The notes below the pieces were generated by a model. The model searched no databases, was not told where the DNA came from, and was given only the letters and a program-made list of their open reading frames with translations. Below are positions 29,536 through 39,092 of a stretch of DNA of 46,577 nucleotides, in pieces (the first letter of the stretch is position 1; each line of letters opens with the position of its first letter). This DNA comes from an uncultured Desulfobacula sp. (GTDB taxonomy: Bacteria > Desulfobacterota > Desulfobacteria > Desulfobacterales > Desulfobacteraceae). The stretch is taken from contig CAYWNB010000004.1 of assembly GCA_964459195.1 (NCBI GenBank), positions 2,639 through 49,215 of the forward strand, read 5' to 3'. Both the position numbers and the translations under genes were made by a program.

Positions 29536-30288
29536 ATGGATTTTACGGTGTTAAGCCTCTTTCCAGAGCTTGTGGCTAGTTTTTTTGACCATGGGATGAT
29601 CCACAGGGGCATTGAAAGTCGCCTGATTACAGGAACCTGTGTCAATATCAGAGATTTTTCCTGTGACCGGCACAAGACAGTGGATGACAGGCCCTATGGC
29701 GGCGGAAGCGGCATGGTCATGAAGCCTGAGCCCCTGGAAGCGGCCATTTCTTTTGTAAAAAAGAGGTCACCCGAAGCCAAGGTCATCCTTATGACCCCCC
29801 AGGGTACAAGATTTAACCAGAAAAAAGCCTGTGAACTTGCCAGCCGAAAAGAAGATCTTATCTTTGTCTGCGGCCGGTATGAAGGAATTGATGAAAGAGT
29901 ATACACCCAACTTGTGGATGAAGAGATCTCCATTGGAGATTATGTCATGACCGGAGGAGAATTGGCTGCCATGGCCATTATTGATTCTGTCGCCCGCATG
30001 ATCCCCGGGGTTTTAGGATCTGAGGCCTCTTCCCTTTCGGATTCTTTTATGGGTGACCGACTGGAGTATGCCCAATATACCCGACCGGAAGTCCACAACG
30101 ACCTAACGGTGCCCGAGGTGCTGTTGTCCGGGAACCATGAACGAATCCGCCAATGGCGGAAAACATCCTCTTTACAGAGAACCTTTTTGAAACGGCCGGA
30201 CCTGTTTGAAACACAGGCCCCCACACTCGAAGAAAAACAAATTTTAAGGCAATGGTGCCGGGAGATTGAAACACTTGTCAACCCATAA
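29536..30288 (+). CDS. trmD: tRNA (guanine37-N1)-methyltransferase TrmD
   Basis: MDFTVLSLFPEL, DDRPYGGGSGMVM, GRYEGIDERV. Confidence 0.95.
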   Translation: MDFTVLSLFPELVASFFDHGMIHRGIESRLITGTCVNIRDFSCDRHKTVDDRPYGGGSGMVMKPEPLEAAISFVKKRSPEAKVILMTPQGTRFNQKKACELASRKEDLIFVCGRYEGIDERVYTQLVDEEISIGDYVMTGGELAAMAIIDSVARMIPGVLGSEASSLSDSFMGDRLEYAQYTRPEVHNDLTVPEVLLSGNHERIRQWRKTSSLQRTFLKRPDLFETQAPTLEEKQILRQWCREIETLVNP

Positions 30289-30835
30289 CCTGTATGTGGT
30301 ACTCATCCATTTCCCCGTCATGAACCGCAAGGGAATGCCCATTGGATCGGCCCTGACCACCATTGATATGCATGATATTGCAAGGGCATCAAAGACATTT
30401 GGCGTCAAGGGATTTTATGTGGTAACTCCCTTTGTGGACCAGGCTGACCTGGCAAACCAAGTCATTGATCACTGGATAAAAGGGGTGGGCGGTGAATTAA
30501 ATCCCTCCAGAAAAGAAGCCCTTGAACTGATCCGGGTAACCGCCACATTTGAAGAGGCTGTCCAAAGGATACAAGACAAAGAAAAGCAAACCGTGGTAAC
30601 GGTGGCAACCAGTGCCAAATATCTGGAGGGTGCCATACCCATTACCACACTAAAAGAAAAGTTAGCGAGCAATGCGCCCCATGTCCTTGTTTTTGGCACG
30701 GCTTGGGGGATGGCTGAGGAACTGATTGATACCTGTGACTTAAAACTTGAGCCCATCAAGGGTTCTGGAGATTATAATCATCTGTCTGTCCGGTCAGCTG
30801 CGTCCATATATTTAGATCGAATTACAAATGGCTGA
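30266..30835 (+). CDS. Predicted SPOUT-type SAM-dependent RNA methyltransferase (Methyltrn_RNA_4-like); start codon uncertain (TTG 30266 or GTG 30296)
   Basis: VVLIHFPVMNRKG..TTIDMHDIARASKTFGV..FGTAWGM..NHLSVRSAASIYLDR. It is inserted between trmD and rplS. Confidence 0.55.
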   Translation: MKHLSTHNLYVVLIHFPVMNRKGMPIGSALTTIDMHDIARASKTFGVKGFYVVTPFVDQADLANQVIDHWIKGVGGELNPSRKEALELIRVTATFEEAVQRIQDKEKQTVVTVATSAKYLEGAIPITTLKEKLASNAPHVLVFGTAWGMAEELIDTCDLKLEPIKGSGDYNHLSVRSAASIYLDRITNG

Positions 30836-30869
30836 GATAGGCCAATAGTACGAAAACCAGGAGGAAGAA

Positions 30870-31220
30870 ATGACAAACGTAATTGAAAGATTAGAAAAAG
30901 AACAGATTCGCCTTGATATCCCTGATTTTACCTCGGGAGATACCGTAAAAGTACATGTAAAAATCAAAGAAGGTGAAAAAGAACGTATCCAGATGTTCCA
31001 GGGTGTGGTCATTAAAAAGACCAAAGGATTTGCCGGTGCCCGTTTTACCGTCAGAAAAATTTCCGGTGGTATTGGGGTTGAAAGAATTTTTCCCCTGCAT
31101 TCCCCCAGCCTTAGTAAGATCGAAGTTGTGACCCGGGGCCGGGTCAGAAGATCCAAACTCTATTACCTTAGAGACCTTCGTGGGAAAGCAGCCAGAATCA
31201 AAGAAAAACGGTTTGCCTAA
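30870..31220 (+). CDS. rplS: 50S ribosomal protein L19
   Basis: [29 protein letters not shown]. Confidence 0.95.
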   Translation: MTNVIERLEKEQIRLDIPDFTSGDTVKVHVKIKEGEKERIQMFQGVVIKKTKGFAGARFTVRKISGGIGVERIFPLHSPSLSKIEVVTRGRVRRSKLYYLRDLRGKAARIKEKRFA

Positions 31221-31239
31221 ACGAACAGCCGATTACCCG

Positions 31240-31833
31240 ATGTGGGAATTTGAACACGACACACAACGCAACGGGTATCAGTATATTGCAGGGATAGACG
31301 AGGCCGGCAGGGGACCCCTTGCCGGTCCTGTTGTCTCTGCTGCTGTTATTTTACCCCCGGGGTTTGCCTGCCAGGGGGTTACAGACTCTAAAAAACTGTC
31401 CGAAAAACGAAGGGAAACCTTGTTCCCTCTCATCATGGCCCAGGCCCTGGCCGTTGGCATCGGCGTGGCAGATCACAGGGAAATTGATCGAATCAATATT
31501 CTTGCAGCCTCCCTTTTATCCATGAAACGGGCGGTTCAAAACCTTGCTGTTGGTCCGGATTTTTTACTCGTTGACGGGAAATTTACCATTGACATGGATC
31601 TGCCCCAACAGGCAATTGTCAAGGGCGATTCCCGGAGCATCTCCATTGCAGCGGCATCTATTATTGCCAAAGTCACCCGGGACCGCTATATGGCAAAACT
31701 CCACCAGACCTACCCCCTTTACAATTTTATCCAGCACAAGGGATATCCTACCAAAGCCCATAAACAGGCGATTATCGAACATGGCCCCTGCCCTTTTCAC
31801 AGGACAACCTTTAACGGGGTAATTTGCAAGTGA
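31240..31833 (+). CDS. rnhB: Ribonuclease HII
   Basis: IAGIDEAGRGPLAGPVV, DSKKLS. Internal ATG chosen because the track extension overlaps rplS. Confidence 0.9.
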   Translation: MWEFEHDTQRNGYQYIAGIDEAGRGPLAGPVVSAAVILPPGFACQGVTDSKKLSEKRRETLFPLIMAQALAVGIGVADHREIDRINILAASLLSMKRAVQNLAVGPDFLLVDGKFTIDMDLPQQAIVKGDSRSISIAAASIIAKVTRDRYMAKLHQTYPLYNFIQHKGYPTKAHKQAIIEHGPCPFHRTTFNGVICK

Positions 31834-32195
31834 CAAACCGAAATCAGAAAATCGGACAAACCGGTGAAAAGGCTGCTGCGCAATTTCTTAGCCGAAACGA
31901 CTATATCCTGCTTGAACGAAACTATAGAGCGCCCTTTGCTGAAATTGATATCATTGCCCGGGAGGGAGAGTGTATCTGCTTTATAGAAGTAAAGACAAGG
32001 ACCAGTCTCAAACGGGGCCTGCCAAGGGAATCGGTCAACCATCCCAAACAGCAAAAAATCATATCCGGGGCTTCCTTTTATCTAAAAGAAAAAAAAATAT
32101 TTAACCAGCAGGTTCGATTCGATGTGATCGACATCCTTTTTACTGGTAAAACCCCGGAAATAACCTTAATCCGAAACGCTTTTGGAACGGTATAA
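31824..32195 (+). CDS. yraN: YraN-family (UPF0102) endonuclease-like protein; the real start is possibly GTG 31830
   Basis: GEKAAAQFL..YRAPFAEIDIIA..CFIEVKTR. Confidence 0.85.
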   Translation: MQVTNRNQKIGQTGEKAAAQFLSRNDYILLERNYRAPFAEIDIIAREGECICFIEVKTRTSLKRGLPRESVNHPKQQKIISGASFYLKEKKIFNQQVRFDVIDILFTGKTPEITLIRNAFGTV

Positions 32196-32230
32196 CCCCC
32201 CTTTAGAAAAATGATTTGAAAAGGTGACAG

Positions 32231-33076
32231 ATGGAGACAAATAACCCGCCCGGCAACCTTTATATCGTCGCAACCCCTCTGGGCAATCTTGAAGATATGA
32301 CCTTCAGGGCGGTACGAATCTTAAAGGAAGCGGATCTAATCGCTGCCGAAGACACAAGGTATTCAAAAAGACTGCTCAACCACTATAGCATAGAGACAGG
32401 TATGATTTCCTGCCATGAGCACAATGAGGCCCAAAAATCGATTCAGCTCATTAAGGCGTTAAAGGCGGGTAAAAACATTGCCCTGATTTCAGATGCCGGC
32501 ACGCCTTTGATCTCTGATCCCGGTTACAGCCTTGTAAAATCGGCTGCAGAGCATTGCATTCCCATCATTCCCATCCCCGGCTGTAATGCCGCCATTGCCG
32601 GGTTGAGCGTGGCCGGGCTGCCAACGGATTCTTTTCTTTTTTGCGGTTTTCTACCCAAAAAGCAGCAAAAACGATCGATTACCCTTGAAGGGCTCAAACA
32701 GGAAAAAGCCACACTTATCTTCTATGAATCCCCCAAACGAATCTGTGCAATGCTCCAACAGGCCATCCCCATCCTGGGTGACCGCAGGGCATGCCTTGCC
32801 CGGGAAATCACCAAACTGCATGAAGAATATCTGAGGGGGACCCTTGGTGAAATTCTTTGTGCCCTTGAGCTGCGCCCCCAGGTAAAGGGAGAATGCGTCC
32901 TTTTTGTCCTGGGCACCTCCCCCCCTCCCCCGATGACCCCGGAACTGCTTGAAAAACTCATCCTTTCAAAACAAAACCAAAACAAGGGCACAGCCGACCT
33001 GGCCCGGGAAATTGCAGTGACCTGTCATCTGCCCAAAAAACAGGTGTATGACACCATTCTCAGACTCCGAAATTAA
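32231..33076 (+). CDS. rsmI: 16S rRNA (cytidine1402-2'-O)-methyltransferase RsmI
   Basis: LYIVATPLGNLEDMTFRAVRILKEADLIAAEDTR. Confidence 0.9.
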   Translation: METNNPPGNLYIVATPLGNLEDMTFRAVRILKEADLIAAEDTRYSKRLLNHYSIETGMISCHEHNEAQKSIQLIKALKAGKNIALISDAGTPLISDPGYSLVKSAAEHCIPIIPIPGCNAAIAGLSVAGLPTDSFLFCGFLPKKQQKRSITLEGLKQEKATLIFYESPKRICAMLQQAIPILGDRRACLAREITKLHEEYLRGTLGEILCALELRPQVKGECVLFVLGTSPPPPMTPELLEKLILSKQNQNKGTADLAREIAVTCHLPKKQVYDTILRLRN

Positions 33077-33213
33077 CCTTCCTCCTTAGGCATCATTCCA
33101 TGTAACCCATGGAAAAAACCCCGGGTCAAACATTTTCAATGAAGCCTTTCGCCTGGAGGATCACAGAACATTCTGCTAAAAAAAGATATCCTGTTAAAAA
33201 TATCCTGTTAAAT

Positions 33214-33253
33214 CCAAGAAGGGCCTTTCTCCGTATGGGGAAAGGCCCTTCTT
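33214..33253. terminator. Bidirectional terminator hairpin between the convergent rsmI and sat genes
   Basis: caagaagggcctttc-tccgtatggg-gaaaggcccttcttg: 15-bp perfect arms, with extra CC/GG pairs in the loop. Confidence 0.6.
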
Positions 33254-33298
33254 GTTCTATTTAATATGCTGTTATCCGATCAATTGGAATACAACAAA

Positions 33299-34576
33299 CT
33301 ACATTTTGCTTCCTTCTGCATGGCTTTGGAGTTTTACTTCAACTTTCTCTGTCAAAGATGCATAATATTTTCTCAGAATAACCAGAACTTCTTCACGGCC
33401 AAAATGGTCTACCACTTCCTCGTTGTTGGAAAGGGCATGCCGCAATTTTGTTCCGGAAAGAATAACCCGGTCATCTTTTCCATGGGGGCAGGTTCTCATG
33501 GAAGCCATGCCGTCACATTTCTTACAGTAGAAAGTCCAGTCAATTTTCAAAGGTTCGCAAATAAGGGCTTTTCCTGCTGCTTCGGGTGCAGGAATTGTGT
33601 CAAAAATTTCCTGTGCCTCGAACAATGTGTAGAAATCACCAACGCCGGCATGGTCACGACCGATGATCATTCTGTTGACGCCGTAGTTTTGGCGGAAGGT
33701 TGCATGGAGCAGGCCTTCACGGGGACCGGCATATCTCATATCAAGGGGATATCCGCCGTTAACTACATGCTCGGGGACAAAGTAATCCTGGATCAATTTG
33801 TCAATACATTCGATACGAACTTCTGCAGGGATATCACCGGCTTTAAGGTTACCGATGAGCGAATGGATCAAAACACCGTCACATACGTCAAGGGCAATCT
33901 TGCAAAGATGCTCATGGGATCTGTGCATGGGGTTTCTAAGCTGCATGGAAGCAACATTTGCCCAGCCTTTTTCATCAAATATGGCACGGGTTTCAGTCGG
34001 GGTAAGGTAAACGCCTTTGAATTTTTCGGGGAATTCACCTTCGGAAAGGACTTTTACAGGACCTGAAAAGCAGAATTCTTTTCTGGCCATAACAGCCTGA
34101 ACACCGGGATGATCTTCCATGGCAATTTTCCAGAATACATCGTCAGCAGACTCTTCGCCATGACCCTTGTATACATTTTCACATTCCCATTTTTTCTCGT
34201 CTTCGGTCATTTCAAATTTGTCTTCAACCTTCATGGTGGCAAAGATCTCGCCATTTCTTTCGAGGGCAATTTCATCACCAACATTAACTTCAGCTGCATC
34301 TTCTTTGGCAGCATCCAGCATTACAGGTACAGGCCAGAATGTACCATCCGCCAGGAGGAAGTCAGCGCAAACGCCTTTCCAGTCGGCTTTTGTCATAAAA
34401 CCGTTCAGGGGAGAAAATCCACCGATTCCCAGCATGATCAGATCGCCTTTTACCTGGGAAGAAATTTCAATTTTTTTCAGACCCGCTGCTTTTTTGAGTT
34501 CAGCTTCCAGTTCTGCGCCTTCGAGCTTACAAATTACAAGTCCTTTTCCACCATGAGGTGCAACTAATTTAGACAT
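33299..34576 (-). CDS. sat: Sulfate adenylyltransferase (ATP sulfurylase), dissimilatory type
   Basis: [34 protein letters not shown] at 34576, 10 nt downstream of the AAGGAG SD. Confidence 0.9.
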   Translation of the reverse strand: MSKLVAPHGGKGLVICKLEGAELEAELKKAAGLKKIEISSQVKGDLIMLGIGGFSPLNGFMTKADWKGVCADFLLADGTFWPVPVMLDAAKEDAAEVNVGDEIALERNGEIFATMKVEDKFEMTEDEKKWECENVYKGHGEESADDVFWKIAMEDHPGVQAVMARKEFCFSGPVKVLSEGEFPEKFKGVYLTPTETRAIFDEKGWANVASMQLRNPMHRSHEHLCKIALDVCDGVLIHSLIGNLKAGDIPAEVRIECIDKLIQDYFVPEHVVNGGYPLDMRYAGPREGLLHATFRQNYGVNRMIIGRDHAGVGDFYTLFEAQEIFDTIPAPEAAGKALICEPLKIDWTFYCKKCDGMASMRTCPHGKDDRVILSGTKLRHALSNNEEVVDHFGREEVLVILRKYYASLTEKVEVKLQSHAEGSKM

Positions 34577-34701
34577 ATCAATCAATCTCCTTTATTAAAT
34601 TAACCTTCTATAAACTGACAAACGTTTATCCAACATCTGCCTAAAATTCTAAATATAAATCTCGTAAGATTTAATGATGATTCGCAAATTTGTCAAGAAT
34701 T

Positions 34702-35334
34702 TTATTCATTTATCTGTAAAATTCCAAGAATATCCGCCATGGCATCCACATGGATATCCGCCTCAAGTTTAGGTTGTTTAAACGCAACAAACCAGGTCCC
34801 GGCACTGCGGGCTGCTCGCAGGTCATATTCCGAGTCACCGATAAAAATCACTTCCTGGGGGTCCAGATGAAAGGCCTCCATAATTTTAAGCAATTGCTCG
34901 GGATCGGGTTTGGGATTTACCACATCAGCTGAAGTGACCACCATCTCGAAATATGATTCAATGTTATTGTCCTTAAGAACCTGTTCCATTGTGTTGGTTC
35001 GATTGGTGGCAATCCCCCGTATAAGCCCCTTTTCTTTTAAAATGCTTAAAAGCCGGACAAGCCCCTCTTCCATCCGCATATAGGGAATAAACTTGGCATA
35101 GCCAATCTGTTTGAGACAGGCGAAGACTTCCTTTGTCTCTTCTCTCTCTGGAAACAGATACAAGATGGCAGCCGTAACCGTCATCATGTGCACATTTACA
35201 AATTGAACATCTGTTAACCGGGGCTTATCAAAAGTTGCCAGAACTTCATCATAAAACTTTCTATTGGCAAGGGCCGTATCAAACAGCACGCCGTCGCAGT
35301 CAAAGACCACTGCTTTTATTTTTGAAATATCCAT
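34702..35334 (-). CDS. HAD-superfamily hydrolase (phosphoglycolate-phosphatase-like)
   Basis: MDISKIKAVVFDCDGVLFD (DxD motif), ATNR, GDSEYD. Internal ATG preferred over the track start at 35391. Confidence 0.8.
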   Translation of the reverse strand: MDISKIKAVVFDCDGVLFDTALANRKFYDEVLATFDKPRLTDVQFVNVHMMTVTAAILYLFPEREETKEVFACLKQIGYAKFIPYMRMEEGLVRLLSILKEKGLIRGIATNRTNTMEQVLKDNNIESYFEMVVTSADVVNPKPDPEQLLKIMEAFHLDPQEVIFIGDSEYDLRAARSAGTWFVAFKQPKLEADIHVDAMADILGILQINE

Positions 35335-35368
35335 ATATTTTATGCCATTTTTTAATTTCAACCAAAAA

Positions 35369-36097
35369 CTATGACTTGGTTTTTTCTGCAAGATAAATGG
35401 CGTATACCCTTATTGTAAGCTTTGGTTTATATTTAGAATCTGTTTTAAGGGTGATGATATCATAGAAATCATCTGCCTTTTGGGAGGTGCTGGTAATTTT
35501 CACCTGCCAGGCCGAATTTTTTTTGCCCGGTTTCACCATATCCTGATTTACCATATCCGGCGTTACCAGGGTTGCCTTGATCTGGGTGTTAAATTTTTGA
35601 TCCAGCCCCAAAATGGAAAACTTGTATTTATCCATCGGAGTGATGGTGACCATGGCCTCAAGCACATCCCCCGGGGCCCCGCTCAAACTGACCGTCCGGG
35701 GAGAGATCTCCACCACAGCATCCACCATCCCGGTCACCGTCAAGTGAAATTTTTTATTCGCCGGATCATCTGTTTTGACCAAAATTTTTTTGGTCAGTCT
35801 TTTACCCCCATATCCATTTGTTTTAATACCAATTTGAATTTTACCTTCCCCTCCCGGAGGAATTTGTTTGTCGTAGGAACGACTGTCACACCCTCAGGGA
35901 GGCAAGACCTTGGTAATATTCAAAACCGTGTCCCCTGTATTTCGGACAATGAATTCATGAAGTATTTTCTCACCTTCCGGCAGGGTGGAAAAATCAAAAA
36001 CAGCATCAACAGGAACTGCCCTGGGAGCTGCACTGGCGGGTATGAAAAAGAAACCCACTGCCAAAAAAACCGTCAAAATAATTAATAATTTTCTCAT
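35369..36097 (-). CDS. Exported DUF1573-family protein with an in-frame UGA at the first Cys of the family CGC motif; candidate selenoprotein of 242 aa with U68
   Basis: Track ORFs 35894..36097 and 35369..35782 are in the same frame, joined by TGA (35894-35896) plus an open stretch. Signal peptide MRKLLIILTVFLAVGFFFIPASA. The sequence FIVRNTGDTVLNITKVLPP-[TGA]-GCDSRSYDKQIPPGGEGKIQIGIKT matches my recollection of the DUF1573 pattern NtG..L.I..v..sCGCt....i.PGe.g.i.v. Confidence 0.65.
35894..35896 (-). other. In-frame UGA, candidate Sec codon of the DUF1573 protein
   Basis: See the CDS entry. Two small hairpins follow on the mRNA: GUCGU-UCCU-ACGAC (35870-35883) and UUCCUC-CGGGA-GGGGAA (35845-35864). 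Confidence 0.55.
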
Positions 36098-36186
36098 AAC
36101 ACCTTATTGCCTTAAATTCCTAAATTTTAGATAAACTTTTTATCCCAATTCTATATTTTCTTGAATAAAAATACAAGCCTGCTGTT

Positions 36187-38451
36187 TTATCCAGCCAACA
36201 AAAGATTCATCCTCTCATACACCCCCGCATCATGGGTAATTTTTTGCCCGTCAATGTGAACCACCCTCACCGCCCCCATCAAGGCATTTGTAACCAGTAT
36301 ATTGGGATAGGAAATAATTTCTTTTGAGGATATCTTTTTTCGGGTGACACCCCCCCCCTGCCGGGCAAATCCATTCACAACCGCCATGAGGGTAATCCCG
36401 GGCAATACATGATCAGACACGGGAACGACCAGTTCTTCGCCAATGACCATAAAAATATTGCCGGTATTGGTTTCCGATATGGTAAGATCCGGATTTAAAA
36501 TCATGGCTTCATCCCCCCCATGATCTCGTGCATAAACTCCTGCCCGCTCGTAATAGAGATAGTTTTGGGTTTTATGATCGGCCAGGGGGGTCGATCGGGG
36601 AAAGGGAAATGTCACCAGATCAAGGCCCGTTTTCCCGGACAAGACGAGACGGTGGACATAGGGCCTTGCAAAGGCTGCCAGAAAGGTCTGCTTCCCGTTT
36701 GCCTGTTCATCCCGGGATACCATCAGCTTTACAGCACAAATCAAGTCCGTATAGCCGTTTTCTTGTATCAAAAGATCAATAACGTGCTCCCAAGTGATAT
36801 CCGGCGGTAAGCCCTTGAAAAGAGAGGTCCAGGCCCCATTCATCCGCTGCAAATGGGCACCGAGGCGAAGGGGGGTTCCCTTTTCCACCCGGATGGTTTC
36901 AAAAAGCCCTGCCCCGTATTGAAATCCCTGGCTAGTGGCAGAGACCATTGCCCGGTCCTGGTCCACCATTTTTCCATCCACCCAGGCTTTGGGATGGTGA
37001 AAGGCGTTTCCTGCTGAAACCGATGACAAGGTATCCATGAGGGTCTTTCCCTTATCAAGGGTCTCCTGGAATTCTAGTTCAGGATCTGAATCATAGACAA
37101 TCCCTCCTCCCACAGAAAAGAAAAGGGTCTCGTCCACAATGGTGGCCGTGCGAATGGCAATGGAAAGATCCATGGTATTGTGAAAGCTGATATATCCGAT
37201 GGCGCCGGTATAAACATGGCGTTTTACCGGTTCCAGTTCATCAATAATCTCCATGGACCGAATTTTGGGACAGCCGGTAATGGATCCCCCGGGAAAAGTG
37301 GCCCGCAGCAGATCCACAGCGGACTTGCCTGTTTCAAGTTCCCCTTCTACAATGGAAACCAGGTGAAAAACATTCGCGTAGGGTTCCAGACATTTATGTT
37401 CGGACACAACAACAGATCCCTGTCGGGTCACCCGGGACAAATCGTTTCGCATGAGGTCCACGATCATGGTCAGTTCGGCATCATCCTTGATACTTTGGGT
37501 TAGATGCTGTCCATTCTCCCTGTCCTGTGCCGGTGTGTCTCCCCTGGCAATGGTGCCTTTGATGGGCCGCGTTTCCACCCGGATGCCATCAAGTTTTATA
37601 AACCGTTCCGGCGAAGTGGAAACAATTTTATGATCCCCGGCATGGATATAACTAAAAAACGATGCCGGGTTTCGATGAAATAATTCCAGAAACAATGAAT
37701 AAGAATCGCCTGAAAACCCTGTCTCAAATCGCTGGGAAAGGTTTGCCTGGTATATATCTCCCGCCGTAAGATAGTGGGTTATTCGTTCAACTGCCCGGAT
37801 ATATTCCTTCTTTGTGAAGCTGGATTTAAACCCCCTGTTGTCACTTGAAAAGAAACTTTTTTCCCAAGCCTGACCCAATTGTTTCAAAAAGGCTTGTTTC
37901 CGGGCCGACACATAGTCGTTGGGGGTGCCCTGGCAATTGGACAATACGGGAATAGACAAAAAAGTTTTCTGGGAGATCCGATCCTGGACTAGGAGAACAG
38001 AGGGCGCAACGAGACAGATCTCGGGCAGATGAATGTCCACACAGGTCCTGGGGAGGATTTCAATCCGGTCCTTCAGGTCATAGGAAAAATAACCGAATAG
38101 TCCGGCACAAACCGGCAATTCCTCTTTGGCCTGGTCCAGTTTCAAATGGTCCAGTTTCAAATGATCCATCAACTCCCCAAGAAAGGTGAAAGGATCCCGG
38201 GCAAGATCAAAGGATTCATTGTCAACCTTCAGGGCGATGGCTTCCCCCCGGCCTTTAAGTTCAAGCCAGGGCTGAATCGCCAGAATATTGAATCTTGCAC
38301 ACCCTCCAGCAGGGCTGGTGCCCGATAAAAGTAGGACTGTTCCAGGATCTGCGGCAAATCTTGCAGCAGCCATCTCAAAGGGCAGCCCCAGATCAATCTC
38401 TTCCATAAAAAGAGAGGCTACCCGGGGCAGTTGTTCAATACCCCATTTCAT
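36187..38451 (-). CDS. pabB: Fusion of aminodeoxychorismate synthase component I (PabB) with aminodeoxychorismate lyase / class IV aminotransferase (PabC)
   Basis: 754 aa. The N-terminal chorismate-binding domain has PERF, GAIGY and GGGIV-type motifs. The C-terminal ~270 aa is class-IV aminotransferase-like. Confidence 0.8.
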   Translation of the reverse strand: MKWGIEQLPRVASLFMEEIDLGLPFEMAAARFAADPGTVLLLSGTSPAGGCARFNILAIQPWLELKGRGEAIALKVDNESFDLARDPFTFLGELMDHLKLDHLKLDQAKEELPVCAGLFGYFSYDLKDRIEILPRTCVDIHLPEICLVAPSVLLVQDRISQKTFLSIPVLSNCQGTPNDYVSARKQAFLKQLGQAWEKSFFSSDNRGFKSSFTKKEYIRAVERITHYLTAGDIYQANLSQRFETGFSGDSYSLFLELFHRNPASFFSYIHAGDHKIVSTSPERFIKLDGIRVETRPIKGTIARGDTPAQDRENGQHLTQSIKDDAELTMIVDLMRNDLSRVTRQGSVVVSEHKCLEPYANVFHLVSIVEGELETGKSAVDLLRATFPGGSITGCPKIRSMEIIDELEPVKRHVYTGAIGYISFHNTMDLSIAIRTATIVDETLFFSVGGGIVYDSDPELEFQETLDKGKTLMDTLSSVSAGNAFHHPKAWVDGKMVDQDRAMVSATSQGFQYGAGLFETIRVEKGTPLRLGAHLQRMNGAWTSLFKGLPPDITWEHVIDLLIQENGYTDLICAVKLMVSRDEQANGKQTFLAAFARPYVHRLVLSGKTGLDLVTFPFPRSTPLADHKTQNYLYYERAGVYARDHGGDEAMILNPDLTISETNTGNIFMVIGEELVVPVSDHVLPGITLMAVVNGFARQGGGVTRKKISSKEIISYPNILVTNALMGAVRVVHIDGQKITHDAGVYERMNLLLAG

Positions 38452-39068
38452 CTGAGGAATGGATTCATTCGCTTTTCATCGCCGATGGTGGTTTCAGGAC
38501 CGTGGCCGGTATACACAATGGTGTCATCCGGCAATCTAAAAAGTTTTGTTTTAATACTGGATATCAAGGTATCAAAATCCCCGCCAGGCAAATCCGTTCT
38601 GCCAATGGAACTTTTAAACAGGGTGTCTCCGGCAAAAAGATGCCCTTTGGTGTACAGGCAGATTCCTCCCCTGGAATGACCCGGGGTATGAATCACCTCC
38701 AGGGTAATATCCCCAAAACTTACCGTATCGCCATGGTTGAGTAAAAGATCGGCCGGAGGAGAATTTTCCACAGACAGACCAAACATGGAAGCAGACTTGG
38801 ACAATTCCATGAGCATGGGCTCGTCATCGGGATGGATGGCAAGGGTGGCATGGGTCACTTCTTTCAATTTTTTATTGGCCCCAACATGGTCAAAATGGCC
38901 ATGGGTATTGATCAAATATTTTACCTTAAGTTCTAATTTGGCAAGGGCCATGAGAATTTGATCCCCGTCATCTCCCGGATCAATCACAACCGATTCTTTC
39001 GTACGTTCACACCCTAGAATATAACAATTGGCCATGATCGGCCCGACTTCCAGTTTTTCTATGATCAA
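38448..39068 (-). CDS. MBL-fold hydrolase, GloB/YcbL-like
   Basis: NTHGHFDHVGA, HTPGHS. Confidence 0.8.
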   Translation of the reverse strand: MIIEKLEVGPIMANCYILGCERTKESVVIDPGDDGDQILMALAKLELKVKYLINTHGHFDHVGANKKLKEVTHATLAIHPDDEPMLMELSKSASMFGLSVENSPPADLLLNHGDTVSFGDITLEVIHTPGHSRGGICLYTKGHLFAGDTLFKSSIGRTDLPGGDFDTLISSIKTKLFRLPDDTIVYTGHGPETTIGDEKRMNPFLR

Positions 39069-39092
39069 AACCTTCCTCCCTGATAAATGGAT

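Noticed and set aside
33183-33211. Direct repeat ATATCCTGTTAAA x2 just before the rsmI/sat terminator
   Set aside because: It is short, AT-rich and sits in a convergent 3' intergenic region. There is no obvious target gene, so it is probably a slippage product.
33266-34066. Long antisense ORFs opposite well-supported genes (33266..34066 opposite sat; also 39028..40023 opposite nusB/ribH, 20920..21468 opposite the SBP gene, 40575..41240 opposite ribBA, and 16941..17666 opposite the MFP gene)
   Set aside because: Their composition is typical of shadow frames, they have no motifs, and each is fully embedded in a gene with strong family signatures.
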